Of a DNA stretch of 64,000 nt, positions 19,703-30,154 are shown piece by piece. The stretch spans positions 1,164,127-1,228,126 of the forward strand of contig CAWBAT010000005.1 in assembly GCA_963786955.1 (NCBI GenBank). The letters are read 5' to 3'. The position numbers and the translations under genes are program-made. The stretch's first letter is position 1. Every line of letters starts with the position of its first letter. Below the pieces are notes generated by a model that did no database searches, was not told the DNA's origin, and saw only the letters and a list, made by a program, of their open reading frames with translations. Source of the stretch: an uncultured Acidimicrobiia bacterium (GTDB taxonomy: Bacteria > Acidobacteriota > Terriglobia > Versatilivoradales > Versatilivoraceae).

Positions 19703-21330
19703 GTACCTTAACGGCTCCTGTCACCCCGGTGGAAACTCGAGAACATTATCTCAATTCCAGTTACGGTATTAAGTCGTGGCTGCTTACTACCGATCACAAG
19801 AGGATTGCGCTCTTATATTTGATGTCCATCACCTTTTTCTTCTTCCTGGGTGGCCTGTTTGCCGTTTTGATTCGTTTGGAATTGCTGACCCCACAGGGGG
19901 ATTTTGTGCAGGCGGAGACGTACAACAAGCTGTTCACGATGCACGGGGTCATTATGATTTTTTTCTTTCTCATTCCTTCCATCCCAGCCTCTCTGGGAAA
20001 TTTTCTAGTGCCGATGATGGTCGGCGCAAAAGATTTGGCGTTCCCGAGAATCAACCTCTTGAGTTGGTACATTTACGTGATTGGAGGATTGTTTACTTTG
20101 GGTGCCGTGTTGGCTGGGGGAGTCGATACGGGGTGGACGTTCTACACTCCATACAGCACGACGTATTCAAACGGTTACGTGATTGCGACAGGAGTCGGCG
20201 CTTTCATTACCGGATTTTCCTCCATTCTGACCGGGCTGAATTTCATTGTCACGATTCACAAAATGAGAGCACCCGGGCTTACTTGGTTCCGTCTCCCCCT
20301 GTTTATCTGGGCTCATTATGCGGCGAGCTTGATCATGATGCTGGGGACACCGGTCATCGCGATAACGTTAGCCTTATTAGCTCTTGAGAGGGCCTTTCAC
20401 ATAGGTATTTTCGATCCAGCCTTAGGAGGAGATCCCATCCTCTTTCAGCATTTGTTCTGGTTTTACTCGCATCCGGCAGTCTATATCATGATCCTTCCAG
20501 CCATGGGCGTGATCAGCGAGTTAGTCTCGTGTTTTTCGCGAAAGTATATTTTCGGATACCAGTTCGTGGCCTATTCCAGCATTGGCATCGCAGTGCTCGG
20601 TTTTCTGGTCTGGGGGCATCACATGTTTGTGAGTGGCCAATCTGTCTATGCGGGATTGATTTTTTCGATGCTGAGTTTTCTGGTGGCAATCCCCTCCGCC
20701 ATCAAAGTGTTTAATTGGACAGCGACCCTATACAAAGGTTCCATATCCTTTCAGTCTCCCATGCTCTATGCCTTTGGATTCCTCGGGCTGTTTACCATCG
20801 GCGGTTTAACAGGCCTTTTTTTGGCGGCTGTGGGCCTGGATGTTCATGTCCACGACACCTATTTTGTAGTGGCCCATTTCCATTACATCATGGTGGGTGG
20901 TACGGTGATGGCTTACATGGGAGGGTTGCATTTTTGGTGGCCGAAAATTTCGGGTCGTCTTTATCCGGAAGGATGGGCAAAATTCTCCGCCCTCGTTGTC
21001 TTTCTGGGGTTTCATCTGACTTTTTTCCCTCAATTCATTCTGGGTTACATGGGAATGCCAAGACGCTACCATGCCTATCCGGAAGAGTTTCAGGTGCTCA
21101 ACGTCATGTCGTCAGCGGGGGCTTCAATCTTGGGAATTGGCTATCTGATTCCCATGATTTACTTGATCTGGTCGCTTCGTTACGGACCTCCTGCCTCGGC
21201 GAATCCTTGGGGGGCAACGGGACTGGAATGGCGAACACCGTCACCGCCCCCGACGGAAAATTTCACGGAAGTCCCCGTCGTCAATGAAGGGCCTTATGAA
21301 TATTCAATCAGGGAGATTAAAGTTGTCTGA
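19699..21330 (+). CDS. ctaD: Cytochrome c oxidase subunit I
   Basis: 543 aa, 12-transmembrane heme-copper oxidase signatures ([32 protein letters not shown]). ATGA overlap with coxB. Confidence 0.95.
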   Translation: MSTLTAPVTPVETREHYLNSSYGIKSWLLTTDHKRIALLYLMSITFFFFLGGLFAVLIRLELLTPQGDFVQAETYNKLFTMHGVIMIFFFLIPSIPASLGNFLVPMMVGAKDLAFPRINLLSWYIYVIGGLFTLGAVLAGGVDTGWTFYTPYSTTYSNGYVIATGVGAFITGFSSILTGLNFIVTIHKMRAPGLTWFRLPLFIWAHYAASLIMMLGTPVIAITLALLALERAFHIGIFDPALGGDPILFQHLFWFYSHPAVYIMILPAMGVISELVSCFSRKYIFGYQFVAYSSIGIAVLGFLVWGHHMFVSGQSVYAGLIFSMLSFLVAIPSAIKVFNWTATLYKGSISFQSPMLYAFGFLGLFTIGGLTGLFLAAVGLDVHVHDTYFVVAHFHYIMVGGTVMAYMGGLHFWWPKISGRLYPEGWAKFSALVVFLGFHLTFFPQFILGYMGMPRRYHAYPEEFQVLNVMSSAGASILGIGYLIPMIYLIWSLRYGPPASANPWGATGLEWRTPSPPPTENFTEVPVVNEGPYEYSIREIKVV

Positions 21331-21979
21331 CGCTCAATCTGCGGCGCATCCAGCACTAGCCCATCACTTTGATACAGTCGAACAGCAGCGGGAGGCGTCT
21401 TCGCTGGGCATGTGGGTTTTCCTCGCCCAGGAAGTCATGTTTTTCGGTGGGCTCTTTCTAACCTACCTGGTTTATCGAAGTGCCTATCCGATTGCATTTG
21501 CCGAAGCCAGTCACCACTTGAATGTCCCCCTGGGTGGCACTAATACGGTGATTTTGATCACGAGCAGCCTGACGATGGCTCTGGCAGTCTTTGCTTCTGA
21601 AACGGGGAAGCAAAGAATGCTGATTGCTTTCCTTCTGTTGACCTTAATCCTGGGTTTGGGTTTCTTGGGGATCAAGACGGTTGAGTACCATGACAAGTAC
21701 GTTCATCATCTGATCCCCGGATTTGGATTCGCCTACCACGGTCCTCATGGTCTGCAGGCTCAGATTTTCTTTAGTTTGTATTTTGTAATGACCGGGATGC
21801 ACGCCTTGCACATGGTCATTGGAATGGGCCTGCTGATTTGGTTAATGGCTCTTGCGCGAAAGGGAAAATTCAGCCCTGAATATCATTCCCCAGTCGAGCT
21901 TTTTGGCCTGTACTGGCATTTTGTGGATATTGTGTGGATTTTCCTCTTCCCCTTACTTTATTTGATTGGGTTGCACTAG
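21323..21979 (+). CDS. coxC: Cytochrome c oxidase subunit III
   Basis: HHFD...QQ...GMWVFL N-terminus typical of subunit III. TTG start 7 nt after a GGGAG Shine-Dalgarno. An upstream ATG at 21284 is also in frame. Confidence 0.85.
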   Translation: MSDAQSAAHPALAHHFDTVEQQREASSLGMWVFLAQEVMFFGGLFLTYLVYRSAYPIAFAEASHHLNVPLGGTNTVILITSSLTMALAVFASETGKQRMLIAFLLLTLILGLGFLGIKTVEYHDKYVHHLIPGFGFAYHGPHGLQAQIFFSLYFVMTGMHALHMVIGMGLLIWLMALARKGKFSPEYHSPVELFGLYWHFVDIVWIFLFPLLYLIGLH

Positions 21980-22031
21980 CAGGGATGACGATCCTTACCT
22001 TACAAAACCCAGAGGGAATCTTATTGATCTC

Positions 22032-22331
22032 ATGTCAGAGCATATAGTACCTATTCGTATTTATTTGATTGTCTTTGCCGCCTTGATGGGGCTGACGGCG
22101 GTCACGATATTTATTTCCTACCATGATTTGGGACCCCTCAACAATGTGGTGGCACTGACGATTGCCGTTACAAAGGCCACTCTCGTCATCCTTTATTTCA
22201 TGCACGTTCGCTATAGTCCGAGCCTTACGAAACTGGTTGCTGCGGGTTCCTTTCTCTGGCTGGTCATCCTGTTGTCATTGACGATGGCCGACTACATTTC
22301 ACGAGACTGGCTTTCGTTCGTTGTCAAATAA
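22032..22331 (+). CDS. coxD: Cytochrome c oxidase subunit IV (prokaryotic caa3-type small subunit)
   Basis: About 100 aa, three hydrophobic helices, positioned directly after subunit III. Confidence 0.6.
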   Translation: MSEHIVPIRIYLIVFAALMGLTAVTIFISYHDLGPLNNVVALTIAVTKATLVILYFMHVRYSPSLTKLVAAGSFLWLVILLSLTMADYISRDWLSFVVK

Positions 22332-22447
22332 TTGGCGGGAAAGACATTGTTTCCCCATTCTAATTTTTCGCAGCTTGAAGACGAATTGCCGCTGGGCACA
22401 CGGTTAGCCTGCTATCGAGCAAAATTCCTTAATCTGAAGGGGGAAGG

Positions 22448-23227
22448 ATGAAACACAAGGAGTTCAAGAACAACCCGTTGATTGAGGCCCAGGTGGAAAT
22501 CCGCTGGGGGCAGGCCGACCAGAGTGGATCCGGTATCAAAACGGATCCTTATTACAAAATGACATTAGGCCGCTTCTATGAGCGAGTCATGGAAACTTAT
22601 CCTGTCCATGAAATCCTTCCTGCTTCGAAATTCCCCGAAACCATGGTGTATCATACGGCTCAACACCTCTTTCGGGTTGGGAACGGCAAATGGCCTGCCA
22701 TCCAGATTGGACCCGGGATTCTTTCCGTTCATACGAGAGAAGAATACCTGTGGGAAGATTTGGCGACGAAGGCACAAGACGCCTTATCCCAATTATTGGA
22801 TGCGTATCCGAAAATGGTCGAAATGCGGATCGAGATGATTCGATTACATTATATTGATGCAGTCAATCTTGATTTCAACCGGGAGAACGTCCTGCAGTTT
22901 TTGCAGGAAAAATTTAAGACTAACATCGAACTTCCCCCTTCTCTCTTCTTAGATGGGCACGTTAGCTCCCGCCCCAAGAGCTTTTCCTGGGAAGCGACCT
23001 TTGAAGAAGATCAGCCCGAGGGGAGCATCACGATTCGTTTTTCAACCGGGGAGCGGGATGCACGTCCTGCCCTTCTCTGGGAAACTATTGTAGAGTCTTC
23101 CGGTCGCCAGTTGCCCCCCCTTCCGAGTGGGATGGGTCATTGGCTCAACCAGGCTCACGTCCTGGCTGAAGACTGGTTTTCTAAGTTTATCGAAGGGGAT
23201 TTAGAAAAAGATTTTGCCGGTGCCTAG
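22448..23227 (+). CDS. TIGR04255-family protein (uncharacterized)
   Basis: N-terminus NPLIEAQVEIRWG matches the conserved TIGR04255 start. 259 aa. Confidence 0.6.
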   Translation: MKHKEFKNNPLIEAQVEIRWGQADQSGSGIKTDPYYKMTLGRFYERVMETYPVHEILPASKFPETMVYHTAQHLFRVGNGKWPAIQIGPGILSVHTREEYLWEDLATKAQDALSQLLDAYPKMVEMRIEMIRLHYIDAVNLDFNRENVLQFLQEKFKTNIELPPSLFLDGHVSSRPKSFSWEATFEEDQPEGSITIRFSTGERDARPALLWETIVESSGRQLPPLPSGMGHWLNQAHVLAEDWFSKFIEGDLEKDFAGA

Positions 23228-23272
23228 GAGCATAATAGTAAGGGCGAATCTGTTGATGAACAAAAGCAATGA

Positions 23273-24037
23273 TTAAGTCAGCCCCCATTTCTTTCTCTTC
23301 TGGAAAAGTCTGAGGTACCCTCCGATCGTACGGAGGACTTTCATTTTGCTTTCCCCTTCCCGCCGCGAACCATCGAGTCCCATGGCGACTTCGGAGATGG
23401 TTGCTTCGACTTTGATTAATTTTGCGAGTAGTTCCACCATGCACTCAAATCCCGGGCTTTCAATAAGGCTCGGACCATAGCGTTTCTCCAGCCGCATCAG
23501 GACTTCGGCACTATAGAGCCGGAAAAACGAGCTCATCGTCAATATACCCCGAATTCCCAACAACTCTTTCACAAGAGTGTTGGCCACATGGCTGAGAAAG
23601 ATCCGCATCAACGAGGTCTGTGTAATTCCCCCTCCATAGGCATAAGGGCTTGCGAGAACGACCTCAAATCCTTCCAGGCGGCGAAGAAGCATCTGGCGCA
23701 GTGTTTGTAATCGCGAGGTGTTGTCACCTTCAAGGGTCACGACCCAATCCAGCAAAGTCAATTGAGGGACAATATGTCGAAAGCCAGTGGCAAATGCGGC
23801 GCCAGGTCCTTGGTTTGTCTTGTGCTGCAGCACTTCGACAGGCAATTGGTCGCGATGCCCTAAGATTTTGGTAGCTGTATGGTCGGTGCTTCCGTCATCA
23901 ATGAAGTAGACCTTGCAGGCGAACTCGCTCTGCAATTCGTGCGTCAGGCCTGCTAGATTTTCAAGTAGTCTGGGAACGTTGGCAGATTCATTGAACACAG
24001 GAATGATAAAATAAAGGTGAGAGAGTTTACTCAACAT
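23273..24037 (-). CDS. GT2 polyprenyl-phosphate glycosyltransferase (DPM1/ArnC/GtrB-like, soluble form)
   Basis: YFIIPVFNESANVPRLL...FIDDGSTDHT and a DxD-containing GT2 fold. No C-terminal transmembrane helices. Confidence 0.75.
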   Translation of the reverse strand: MLSKLSHLYFIIPVFNESANVPRLLENLAGLTHELQSEFACKVYFIDDGSTDHTATKILGHRDQLPVEVLQHKTNQGPGAAFATGFRHIVPQLTLLDWVVTLEGDNTSRLQTLRQMLLRRLEGFEVVLASPYAYGGGITQTSLMRIFLSHVANTLVKELLGIRGILTMSSFFRLYSAEVLMRLEKRYGPSLIESPGFECMVELLAKLIKVEATISEVAMGLDGSRREGESKMKVLRTIGGYLRLFQKRKKWGLT

Positions 24038-24048
24038 CGGAGACGAGG

Positions 24049-25056
24049 CTAAGTGTCTAAAGAGAAAGTTGGGTTAAATTCTCGAATTGTACCCAGGTGA
24101 GTCTGCATCCATTCCACCTGTAAACGCATTCCCTCTTCCAGGCTGATCTTAGGTGCATGTCCCAATAGATAACGGGCCTTTGATCCTTCGACCAGGCGGT
24201 GCTGCGGGTCCTCGTAAAGACGCGAAAAGTCAGAATAGGGGATAAAACGAAGGAGCGGCTTTCGGGTCATTCCTGTGACACGCCAGATCAAATACGCTAG
24301 ATTTACTACGCTGATGGTCGGTCCACCCCCGATGTTGAGGACTTCGCCGTCAGCGTAGGGTGTCTCAAGGACCTTGAGGGTTGCGTCCATCGCGTCTGAA
24401 ATATGAGTGAACGGTCTGGATTGGGTCCCGTCTCCGTGTATGGGGATCGGCTGGCCAGTCAGCGCGGCGTAGATAAAGACATCCTGGACGCCGCTCAGAC
24501 GGGACAATTGAAAGGTTGGACCATAAATTCCCGAATAGCGAAGGATTGAAATCGGAACATTGTATTTCTCCGCGTAGGCAAAGCAGAGCTGTTCTCCGTA
24601 AATTTTGGAAATGGCCAGACTCCAGCGTTCGACTCGGGACTCACCGAGAACCAAAGTGCTGCCTTCAGAGAAGCTCGCCTCAGGATTCTTTCCGTAGACT
24701 TCATCGGTTGAGGCGAAAATCACTCGTGAATTGTGCTTGCGAGCGCACTCCAAGACATGTTCTGTCCCACGAGCATTCACCTCTAGAGTTTTCAGATAGC
24801 CATCGTAGCGGGGGATCTTCAAAGCCGCCAAATGAAAAATCACTTCGACATCACGCGAGACAGCGTCAAGCCTTTCAACATTGAGGATAGTTTCTTCTAC
24901 AAAAGTAAAGTTAGGATGCGGAAGGAAGGGCGCAACGTTCAAAGAATGCCCCAGAGAAAAATCGTCCAAACCGATGACCTGATGTCCCCGGTCGAGTAAC
25001 TCTTTGAGCAAATTCGAGCCAAGAAGGCCCGCTACGCCGGTAATCAATATCTTCAT
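24049..25056 (-). CDS. NAD-dependent epimerase/dehydratase (UDP-glucuronate decarboxylase/UXS-like SDR)
   Basis: MKILITGVAGLLGSNL Rossmann motif and extended-SDR catalytic YxxxK. The ATG is 2 nt after the upstream gene's stop. Confidence 0.8.
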   Translation of the reverse strand: MKILITGVAGLLGSNLLKELLDRGHQVIGLDDFSLGHSLNVAPFLPHPNFTFVEETILNVERLDAVSRDVEVIFHLAALKIPRYDGYLKTLEVNARGTEHVLECARKHNSRVIFASTDEVYGKNPEASFSEGSTLVLGESRVERWSLAISKIYGEQLCFAYAEKYNVPISILRYSGIYGPTFQLSRLSGVQDVFIYAALTGQPIPIHGDGTQSRPFTHISDAMDATLKVLETPYADGEVLNIGGGPTISVVNLAYLIWRVTGMTRKPLLRFIPYSDFSRLYEDPQHRLVEGSKARYLLGHAPKISLEEGMRLQVEWMQTHLGTIREFNPTFSLDT

Positions 25057-25058
25057 AT

Positions 25059-26042
25059 TTATGGAACAGCCTCGTCGGTTACTTGCTTTTGCCAAGCAAT
25101 CGTTCTCAACAAACCTTCTTCCAGATCGGTCTTCGGTTCAAAGCCCAGCAACGTTCTAGCTTTTGTGATATCGGGGACCCGGTTCCGCACATCCTCGTAT
25201 TTTCCAAATGTTTGATACGAGATGAATTTTGATTTAGGTTCACCACGCCCGGCTAGTTTCCAAACCAGTCGCGCCAGATCCAAGATTGTCACTTCCTTGG
25301 TGTTTCCCAGATTGAAGACTTCTCCGGCGGCCTTTTCTGCAAACAGCGTGCGGATGATGCCATCGATGGTGTCATCAATGTAGGTAAAGCTCCTTGTCTG
25401 CAAGCCGTCTCCATGGATTTCCATGGGTTGGTCTGTGAGAGCGGCATGGATAAATACCGACTGGGGGCCTCCCCACCAAGTTGTATTTTGTCGCGGGCCA
25501 TAGCCTCCAAAAAAACGGAGGATCGTTACGGGGATGCCATATTCTTGCTGGTAGGCCAAGCAGTAGTGTTCATCGAGAATCTTTGAGACCGCGTAGGCCC
25601 ATCGCTTGACATTGCTTTCTCCCATGTAGAGATCGTGTGTCTCTGCGAATGGCAGGTGTGGGTTCTTCCCATACACATCGGAGGTGGAAGCCAAAACCAC
25701 TTTTGCTTTGTGCTTTACCGCTGCCTTCAAGACAGATTCTGTCCCGTGCACATTGATCGTGAGTGTATCGTAGGCGTCTCCATACCGGGGTATCTTAAAA
25801 GCAGCCAAGTGAACCAAGATCGTTGCATCCCTGGCCAATGATTCAATAGCCGGCCCATTCCGGACATCCTCTTGAAAAAACTCAAAATGAGGATGTCCGC
25901 GGAACTCTTTGACGTTGTGAAGAGTACCCTGAGACAGGTTATCCACGGCACAAACCGTGTGTCCCAAGGAAAGAAGCCGCTCGCATAAATTGGATCCAAT
26001 AAAACCCGCGGCTCCCGTTACCAAAATCTTTTCTGGTTTCAT
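25059..26042 (-). CDS. NAD-dependent epimerase/dehydratase (UXS/ArnA-C-terminal-like SDR)
   Basis: ILVTGAAGFIGSNL Rossmann motif. Paralog of the downstream SDR. Confidence 0.8.
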   Translation of the reverse strand: MKPEKILVTGAAGFIGSNLCERLLSLGHTVCAVDNLSQGTLHNVKEFRGHPHFEFFQEDVRNGPAIESLARDATILVHLAAFKIPRYGDAYDTLTINVHGTESVLKAAVKHKAKVVLASTSDVYGKNPHLPFAETHDLYMGESNVKRWAYAVSKILDEHYCLAYQQEYGIPVTILRFFGGYGPRQNTTWWGGPQSVFIHAALTDQPMEIHGDGLQTRSFTYIDDTIDGIIRTLFAEKAAGEVFNLGNTKEVTILDLARLVWKLAGRGEPKSKFISYQTFGKYEDVRNRVPDITKARTLLGFEPKTDLEEGLLRTIAWQKQVTDEAVP

Positions 26043-26084
26043 GGCTCTCTCAAAATGCCCAGAGGGCGGAAGCTAAACACCCCT

Positions 26085-27191
26085 TCAATCTGCTTTCAAG
26101 AATTCGTGAAGGGCTGATATCACAGCCTGGATTTCGGCTTCCTCCATTTCCGGGAAGATAGGCAATGAGATGATCTCCTTGCAAACGGCTTCTGCGACTG
26201 GAAGAGTCACACGCGGATCCGCCAACTGCCGAAAAGCGGGTTGGAGGTGCAGAGGCGTCGGATAATGAATCGCATGGCCTATCGCTCGAGCCTTCAAGAA
26301 TGTAGCCAAAGAGTCCCGCCGCCCAGTTCTGATGGAATACTGGTTATAAACGTGTCGAACGTCAGGACCACAACTGGGAGTGATAACGTTGAGCCCTTGC
26401 CAGGCCAAATTATATCTTTGTGCAATCCGTATCCTGGCATCAGTCCAAGATTCCAAGTGTCGTAGTTTTGTTCTCAAGATGGCCGCTTGAAGAGTGTCCA
26501 AGCGGCTGTTAACGCCTAGAATCTCATGTTGGTATTTCACTTTGGACCCATGGACAGAAATCATCCGGCAGCGTTGTGCCAATTGGGCGTCATTGGTGGC
26601 TAGTGCCCCGGCATCTCCATAGGCGCCTAAATTCTTGCTGGGGAAAAAACTGAAACAGCCAATGTGACCGATCGTTCCGGCGGCCTTCCCTTTGTAGCGC
26701 GCTCCAATAGCTTGAGCAGCGTCTTCAATGACGGACAATCCATGCGACTCGGCAATGGAAAGAATAGGATCCATATCTGCTGGTTGACCATAGAGGTGCA
26801 CAGGCATCAGAGCTTTTGTCTTCGGAGTGATGCGGTCTGCAATCTGGTTCACGTCTAGATTAAAAGTTCGGGGGTCAATATCTACATACACCGGCCTGGC
26901 GCCGAGAAGCACAATGGTTTCAACCGTGGCCACAAAGGTGAATGAAGTCGTGATGACTTCGTCCCCTGTCCCGATACCCAAGGCCATCAGTGCAATCTGC
27001 AGCGCATCCGTTCCGGATGCGCAACCAATGGTATGCTGCACCTTGAGGTAATTTGCCAGCTCGGATTCAAATTCTCTAACGGGTGCACCCAAAATGAAAT
27101 CGGTAGAGTCCACAACGGACTGAATCGCCGCGTCCATTTCGTGCTTGATCATTTGGTATTGTCGATTCAGATCCACCATCTTGATCTGCAT
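26085..27191 (-). CDS. DegT/DnrJ/EryC1/StrS family PLP-dependent sugar aminotransferase
   Basis: Family-typical N-terminus (L..QY......E...A...V..S..FILG..V..FE.E.A.Y) and 368 aa length. WbpE/ArnB-like. Confidence 0.9.
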   Translation of the reverse strand: MQIKMVDLNRQYQMIKHEMDAAIQSVVDSTDFILGAPVREFESELANYLKVQHTIGCASGTDALQIALMALGIGTGDEVITTSFTFVATVETIVLLGARPVYVDIDPRTFNLDVNQIADRITPKTKALMPVHLYGQPADMDPILSIAESHGLSVIEDAAQAIGARYKGKAAGTIGHIGCFSFFPSKNLGAYGDAGALATNDAQLAQRCRMISVHGSKVKYQHEILGVNSRLDTLQAAILRTKLRHLESWTDARIRIAQRYNLAWQGLNVITPSCGPDVRHVYNQYSIRTGRRDSLATFLKARAIGHAIHYPTPLHLQPAFRQLADPRVTLPVAEAVCKEIISLPIFPEMEEAEIQAVISALHEFLKAD

Positions 27192-27211
27192 AAGCGATTC
27201 CTTCCCGGATA

Positions 27212-28309
27212 TTAATTTTCCAGCATGACTTGAGTGATTCGTTCAGCCGTCTTCCCGTCCCACAGCGGAACGGGGCGCCCGCTTTTGTAACGATGATGGA
27301 TAATGGCCTCAACTTGCACCAGAATCCGCTCTGAGTCAAGGCCAACGAGAGAGTTCGTCCCAATCTCCACCGTTACGGGCTGTTCGGTACAATCCCTGAG
27401 AGTCAAACAGGGCACTCCGAGATAGCTTGTCTCAGCTTGAATCCCCCCTGAGTCTGAAAGCACAGCCAGCGAGTTCCGGACGAGGTGCAGGAAATCCAAA
27501 TATCTTTTGGGCTCCGTCAGGCGCACTCGAGGATTCTTCCGAAGCACATGATACAGGTCGAGATTCTTTAAATTCTTCCGGGTCCTTGGATGTACGGGAA
27601 AAATGACCGGCATCCGCACGGAGATAGCCTGAATCAGGTCGGCCAAATGCTGCAACTTCTCAGGATTATCCACTGTGCCGGCACGGTGCGTCGTCAACAA
27701 AAAATATGCTTTGGGGGACACATTAAGCTCTTGGAGAACAGGAGAGCGACTCGACTTTTCCAAAGACCGAATGAGTTCGTCGATCATGATGTTCCCTACC
27801 AGGTGGATGTTGCCGATTGGAACTCCTTCGCGGGAAAGGTTATCGACGCCGGCCTGCTCGGTCACAAAGAGTATGTCTGAAACCTGGTCAGTCAGTATGC
27901 GATTGACTTCTTCGGGCATACTCTTATCAAAACTTCGCAGCCCGGATTCAACATGGGCTAACGGAATTTTTTCCTTGGCGCACACGAGCGCACAGGCCAG
28001 CGTAGAATTAACATCTCCGAAAACGACCACTCCATCCACTCTTTCACTCCGGATAACCTTCTCAAAACTCCTCATAATCCGGGCTGTCTGGGTAGTATGT
28101 GTACCGGAACCGACTCCCAAGTGATAGTGCGGCTGTGGCAATTCCAAATCTTGAAAGAACGATTCAGACATGGAAAAGTCGTAATGCTGCCCGGTGTGGA
28201 CCAGGATGCTCTTGATCTGTTGGGGGACTTGGGCGAATTGTCTGTGCAAGGGCGCCATTTTGAGAAAATTGGGCCTTGCACCGACAACGCTGACAATGGT
28301 TTTGATCAT
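27212..28309 (-). CDS. wecB: UDP-N-acetylglucosamine 2-epimerase (non-hydrolysing)
   Basis: IVSVVGARPNFLKMAPL N-terminus and 365 aa length are typical of WecB/WbpI. Confidence 0.9.
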   Translation of the reverse strand: MIKTIVSVVGARPNFLKMAPLHRQFAQVPQQIKSILVHTGQHYDFSMSESFFQDLELPQPHYHLGVGSGTHTTQTARIMRSFEKVIRSERVDGVVVFGDVNSTLACALVCAKEKIPLAHVESGLRSFDKSMPEEVNRILTDQVSDILFVTEQAGVDNLSREGVPIGNIHLVGNIMIDELIRSLEKSSRSPVLQELNVSPKAYFLLTTHRAGTVDNPEKLQHLADLIQAISVRMPVIFPVHPRTRKNLKNLDLYHVLRKNPRVRLTEPKRYLDFLHLVRNSLAVLSDSGGIQAETSYLGVPCLTLRDCTEQPVTVEIGTNSLVGLDSERILVQVEAIIHHRYKSGRPVPLWDGKTAERITQVMLEN

Positions 28310-28329
28310 TCAAGCGGGCGACAATTTGA

Positions 28330-29910
28330 TTAATGAATTCTCAGGACCAGTTCGTCCTTCTTCCGGTAAGAAGCTTGGCAGCTGACACATTCAGCCTGAT
28401 CCGCCGGGGGATGAAATCGAATGCGTTCACCGCATTCACACATCCATCCTACCGGTCTGGCGGGATTGCCAATGACTAGAGCATAGTCGGGAACATCTTT
28501 AGTCACGACCGCTCCCGCCCCCACAAACGAATAACGCCCGATGGTGTGTCCACATAGAATCGTTGCGTTGGCGCCAATGGTGGCTCCCTTCGCAACCCTA
28601 GTTTTCTGATAGGCGTGGCGCCGGTTCACGTGACTTCTCGGAGTGCCGACGTTTGTGAACACCATTGATGGACCCAGAAACACGTTATCCTCACAAATGA
28701 CTCCTGTATAGACAGAAACATTATTCTGAACCTTTACATTTTCCCCCAAGATACAATGCGGTGAAATAACTACATTTTGCCCGATCGTACAGTTTCTTCC
28801 GATCTCGCAATCCCTCATGATGTGAGAGTAGTGCCAGATTTTTGTACCACTCCCTATCTTGCAAGGCGAATCCACCGTTGTCGTCGGATGAACAAAATAG
28901 TCTGGTTCTGCCTCCCCTGGTAATCCCATATTTGTTTCGATAGGCGTGCCATTTTGCTCCAGGGAATGCTGACAGGCCGTGAGAATGCGGAGAACTTTCA
29001 GCCCTTCTTCACCATCGGTTAATGGGGAACGGCGGGACTGAAGACACTCCAGGAAATGGAGACATTCCGCTTTCAAGGGTTCCTCGTTTACGTATTCAAC
29101 CGGTATCCCGAGAGCCTTTTCAGATACCGGTTGACGCTTCACCCAGTGGATGACGTGTGGATAGATCAGAAGCTTGTGGTCGGGGGAAAGATCGTCGAAT
29201 ACCGCCATCTGTCGCTCACCGACTACGACCAACTTCTGTTCCTTAAAAGGGTGGAGCCAGCTCACGAAAATGTGGGCATTCGTGCCGCTCTTGAATTGAA
29301 AGTAGCTGACTGTCACGTCCGCGATCGATTTGTGCAAAAAATTCCCGCCAGAGGATGAGACCCGCACGGGCAATTCATCCAATAATCCCAAGATTACCGA
29401 GATGTCATGAGGTGCAAAACTCCATAAGATGTTTTCTTCCGTTCGGATTTTTCCGAAATTCAGCCGGTTCGAATATACATAACTGATCTTGCCCAGTTCT
29501 CCTTGCTGGATGAGCTCCTTAAGCTTTCTTAGGGCGGGGTGATACTGAAGCAAATGTCCGACCATCAGTAAACGATTTTGCCGGGCGGCCAGAGCTACCA
29601 ACTGCTTCCCCTCATCTACATTCAGCGCCAAAGGTTTCTCCACGAACACATCTTTACCTGCCAGGAGGCACTCTTTGGCGAGCCGAAAATGCGTTTCCGC
29701 AGGTGTGGCGATCACAACTCCGCCAATCTCGGGATCCATTGTCAGTTCGTGGAGTAATGAAGTGAAAGAGATCTTTGGGTATTGTTGTTTGAGGTTTGTG
29801 AGGATGTCTTCCTGGACTTCACAGACCTTCCCCAATGCACCCAATTCTGACCAAACCCGCAAGTGGTGTTTGCCCCACGCTCCCGCTCCGATCAGACCAA
29901 TTTTCATCAT
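28330..29910 (-). CDS. Bifunctional Gfo/Idh/MocA NAD-dependent sugar dehydrogenase (WbpB-like) fused to left-handed beta-helix N-acetyltransferase (WbpD-like)
   Basis: N-terminus [15 protein letters not shown] (Gfo/Idh/MocA Rossmann). The C-terminal third carries hexapeptide repeats ([39 protein letters not shown]). Confidence 0.8.
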   Translation of the reverse strand: MMKIGLIGAGAWGKHHLRVWSELGALGKVCEVQEDILTNLKQQYPKISFTSLLHELTMDPEIGGVVIATPAETHFRLAKECLLAGKDVFVEKPLALNVDEGKQLVALAARQNRLLMVGHLLQYHPALRKLKELIQQGELGKISYVYSNRLNFGKIRTEENILWSFAPHDISVILGLLDELPVRVSSSGGNFLHKSIADVTVSYFQFKSGTNAHIFVSWLHPFKEQKLVVVGERQMAVFDDLSPDHKLLIYPHVIHWVKRQPVSEKALGIPVEYVNEEPLKAECLHFLECLQSRRSPLTDGEEGLKVLRILTACQHSLEQNGTPIETNMGLPGEAEPDYFVHPTTTVDSPCKIGSGTKIWHYSHIMRDCEIGRNCTIGQNVVISPHCILGENVKVQNNVSVYTGVICEDNVFLGPSMVFTNVGTPRSHVNRRHAYQKTRVAKGATIGANATILCGHTIGRYSFVGAGAVVTKDVPDYALVIGNPARPVGWMCECGERIRFHPPADQAECVSCQASYRKKDELVLRIH

Positions 29911-30154
29911 CCCTCACTAATGATTTTTTCTGCGTTCGATACCTGACTGGATAAATCTTTACAATTGCGGATCACATTAGCATATTCTTGAGCGGGCCTT
30001 CCGGCATAAGAAATTCGGGTCAAATTTATTTTGAAATCCGTTGTTGGTGTCGTCAATTTTTGCTAACGTGGCTTTCTGAGAATCACTGGACCGAGTGACA
30101 TGGAAAAAATTCTATTCTGCCAGGGTGAAGGGGTCAACTTTTTACTCCAAATAT

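Noticed and set aside
19776-21287. Two ~200-aa plus-strand ORFs (19776-20387 and 20715-21287) in alternate frames
   Set aside because: Embedded within ctaD, whose frame carries unmistakable heme-copper oxidase motifs. Low-complexity Arg/Gly/Ser-rich translations.
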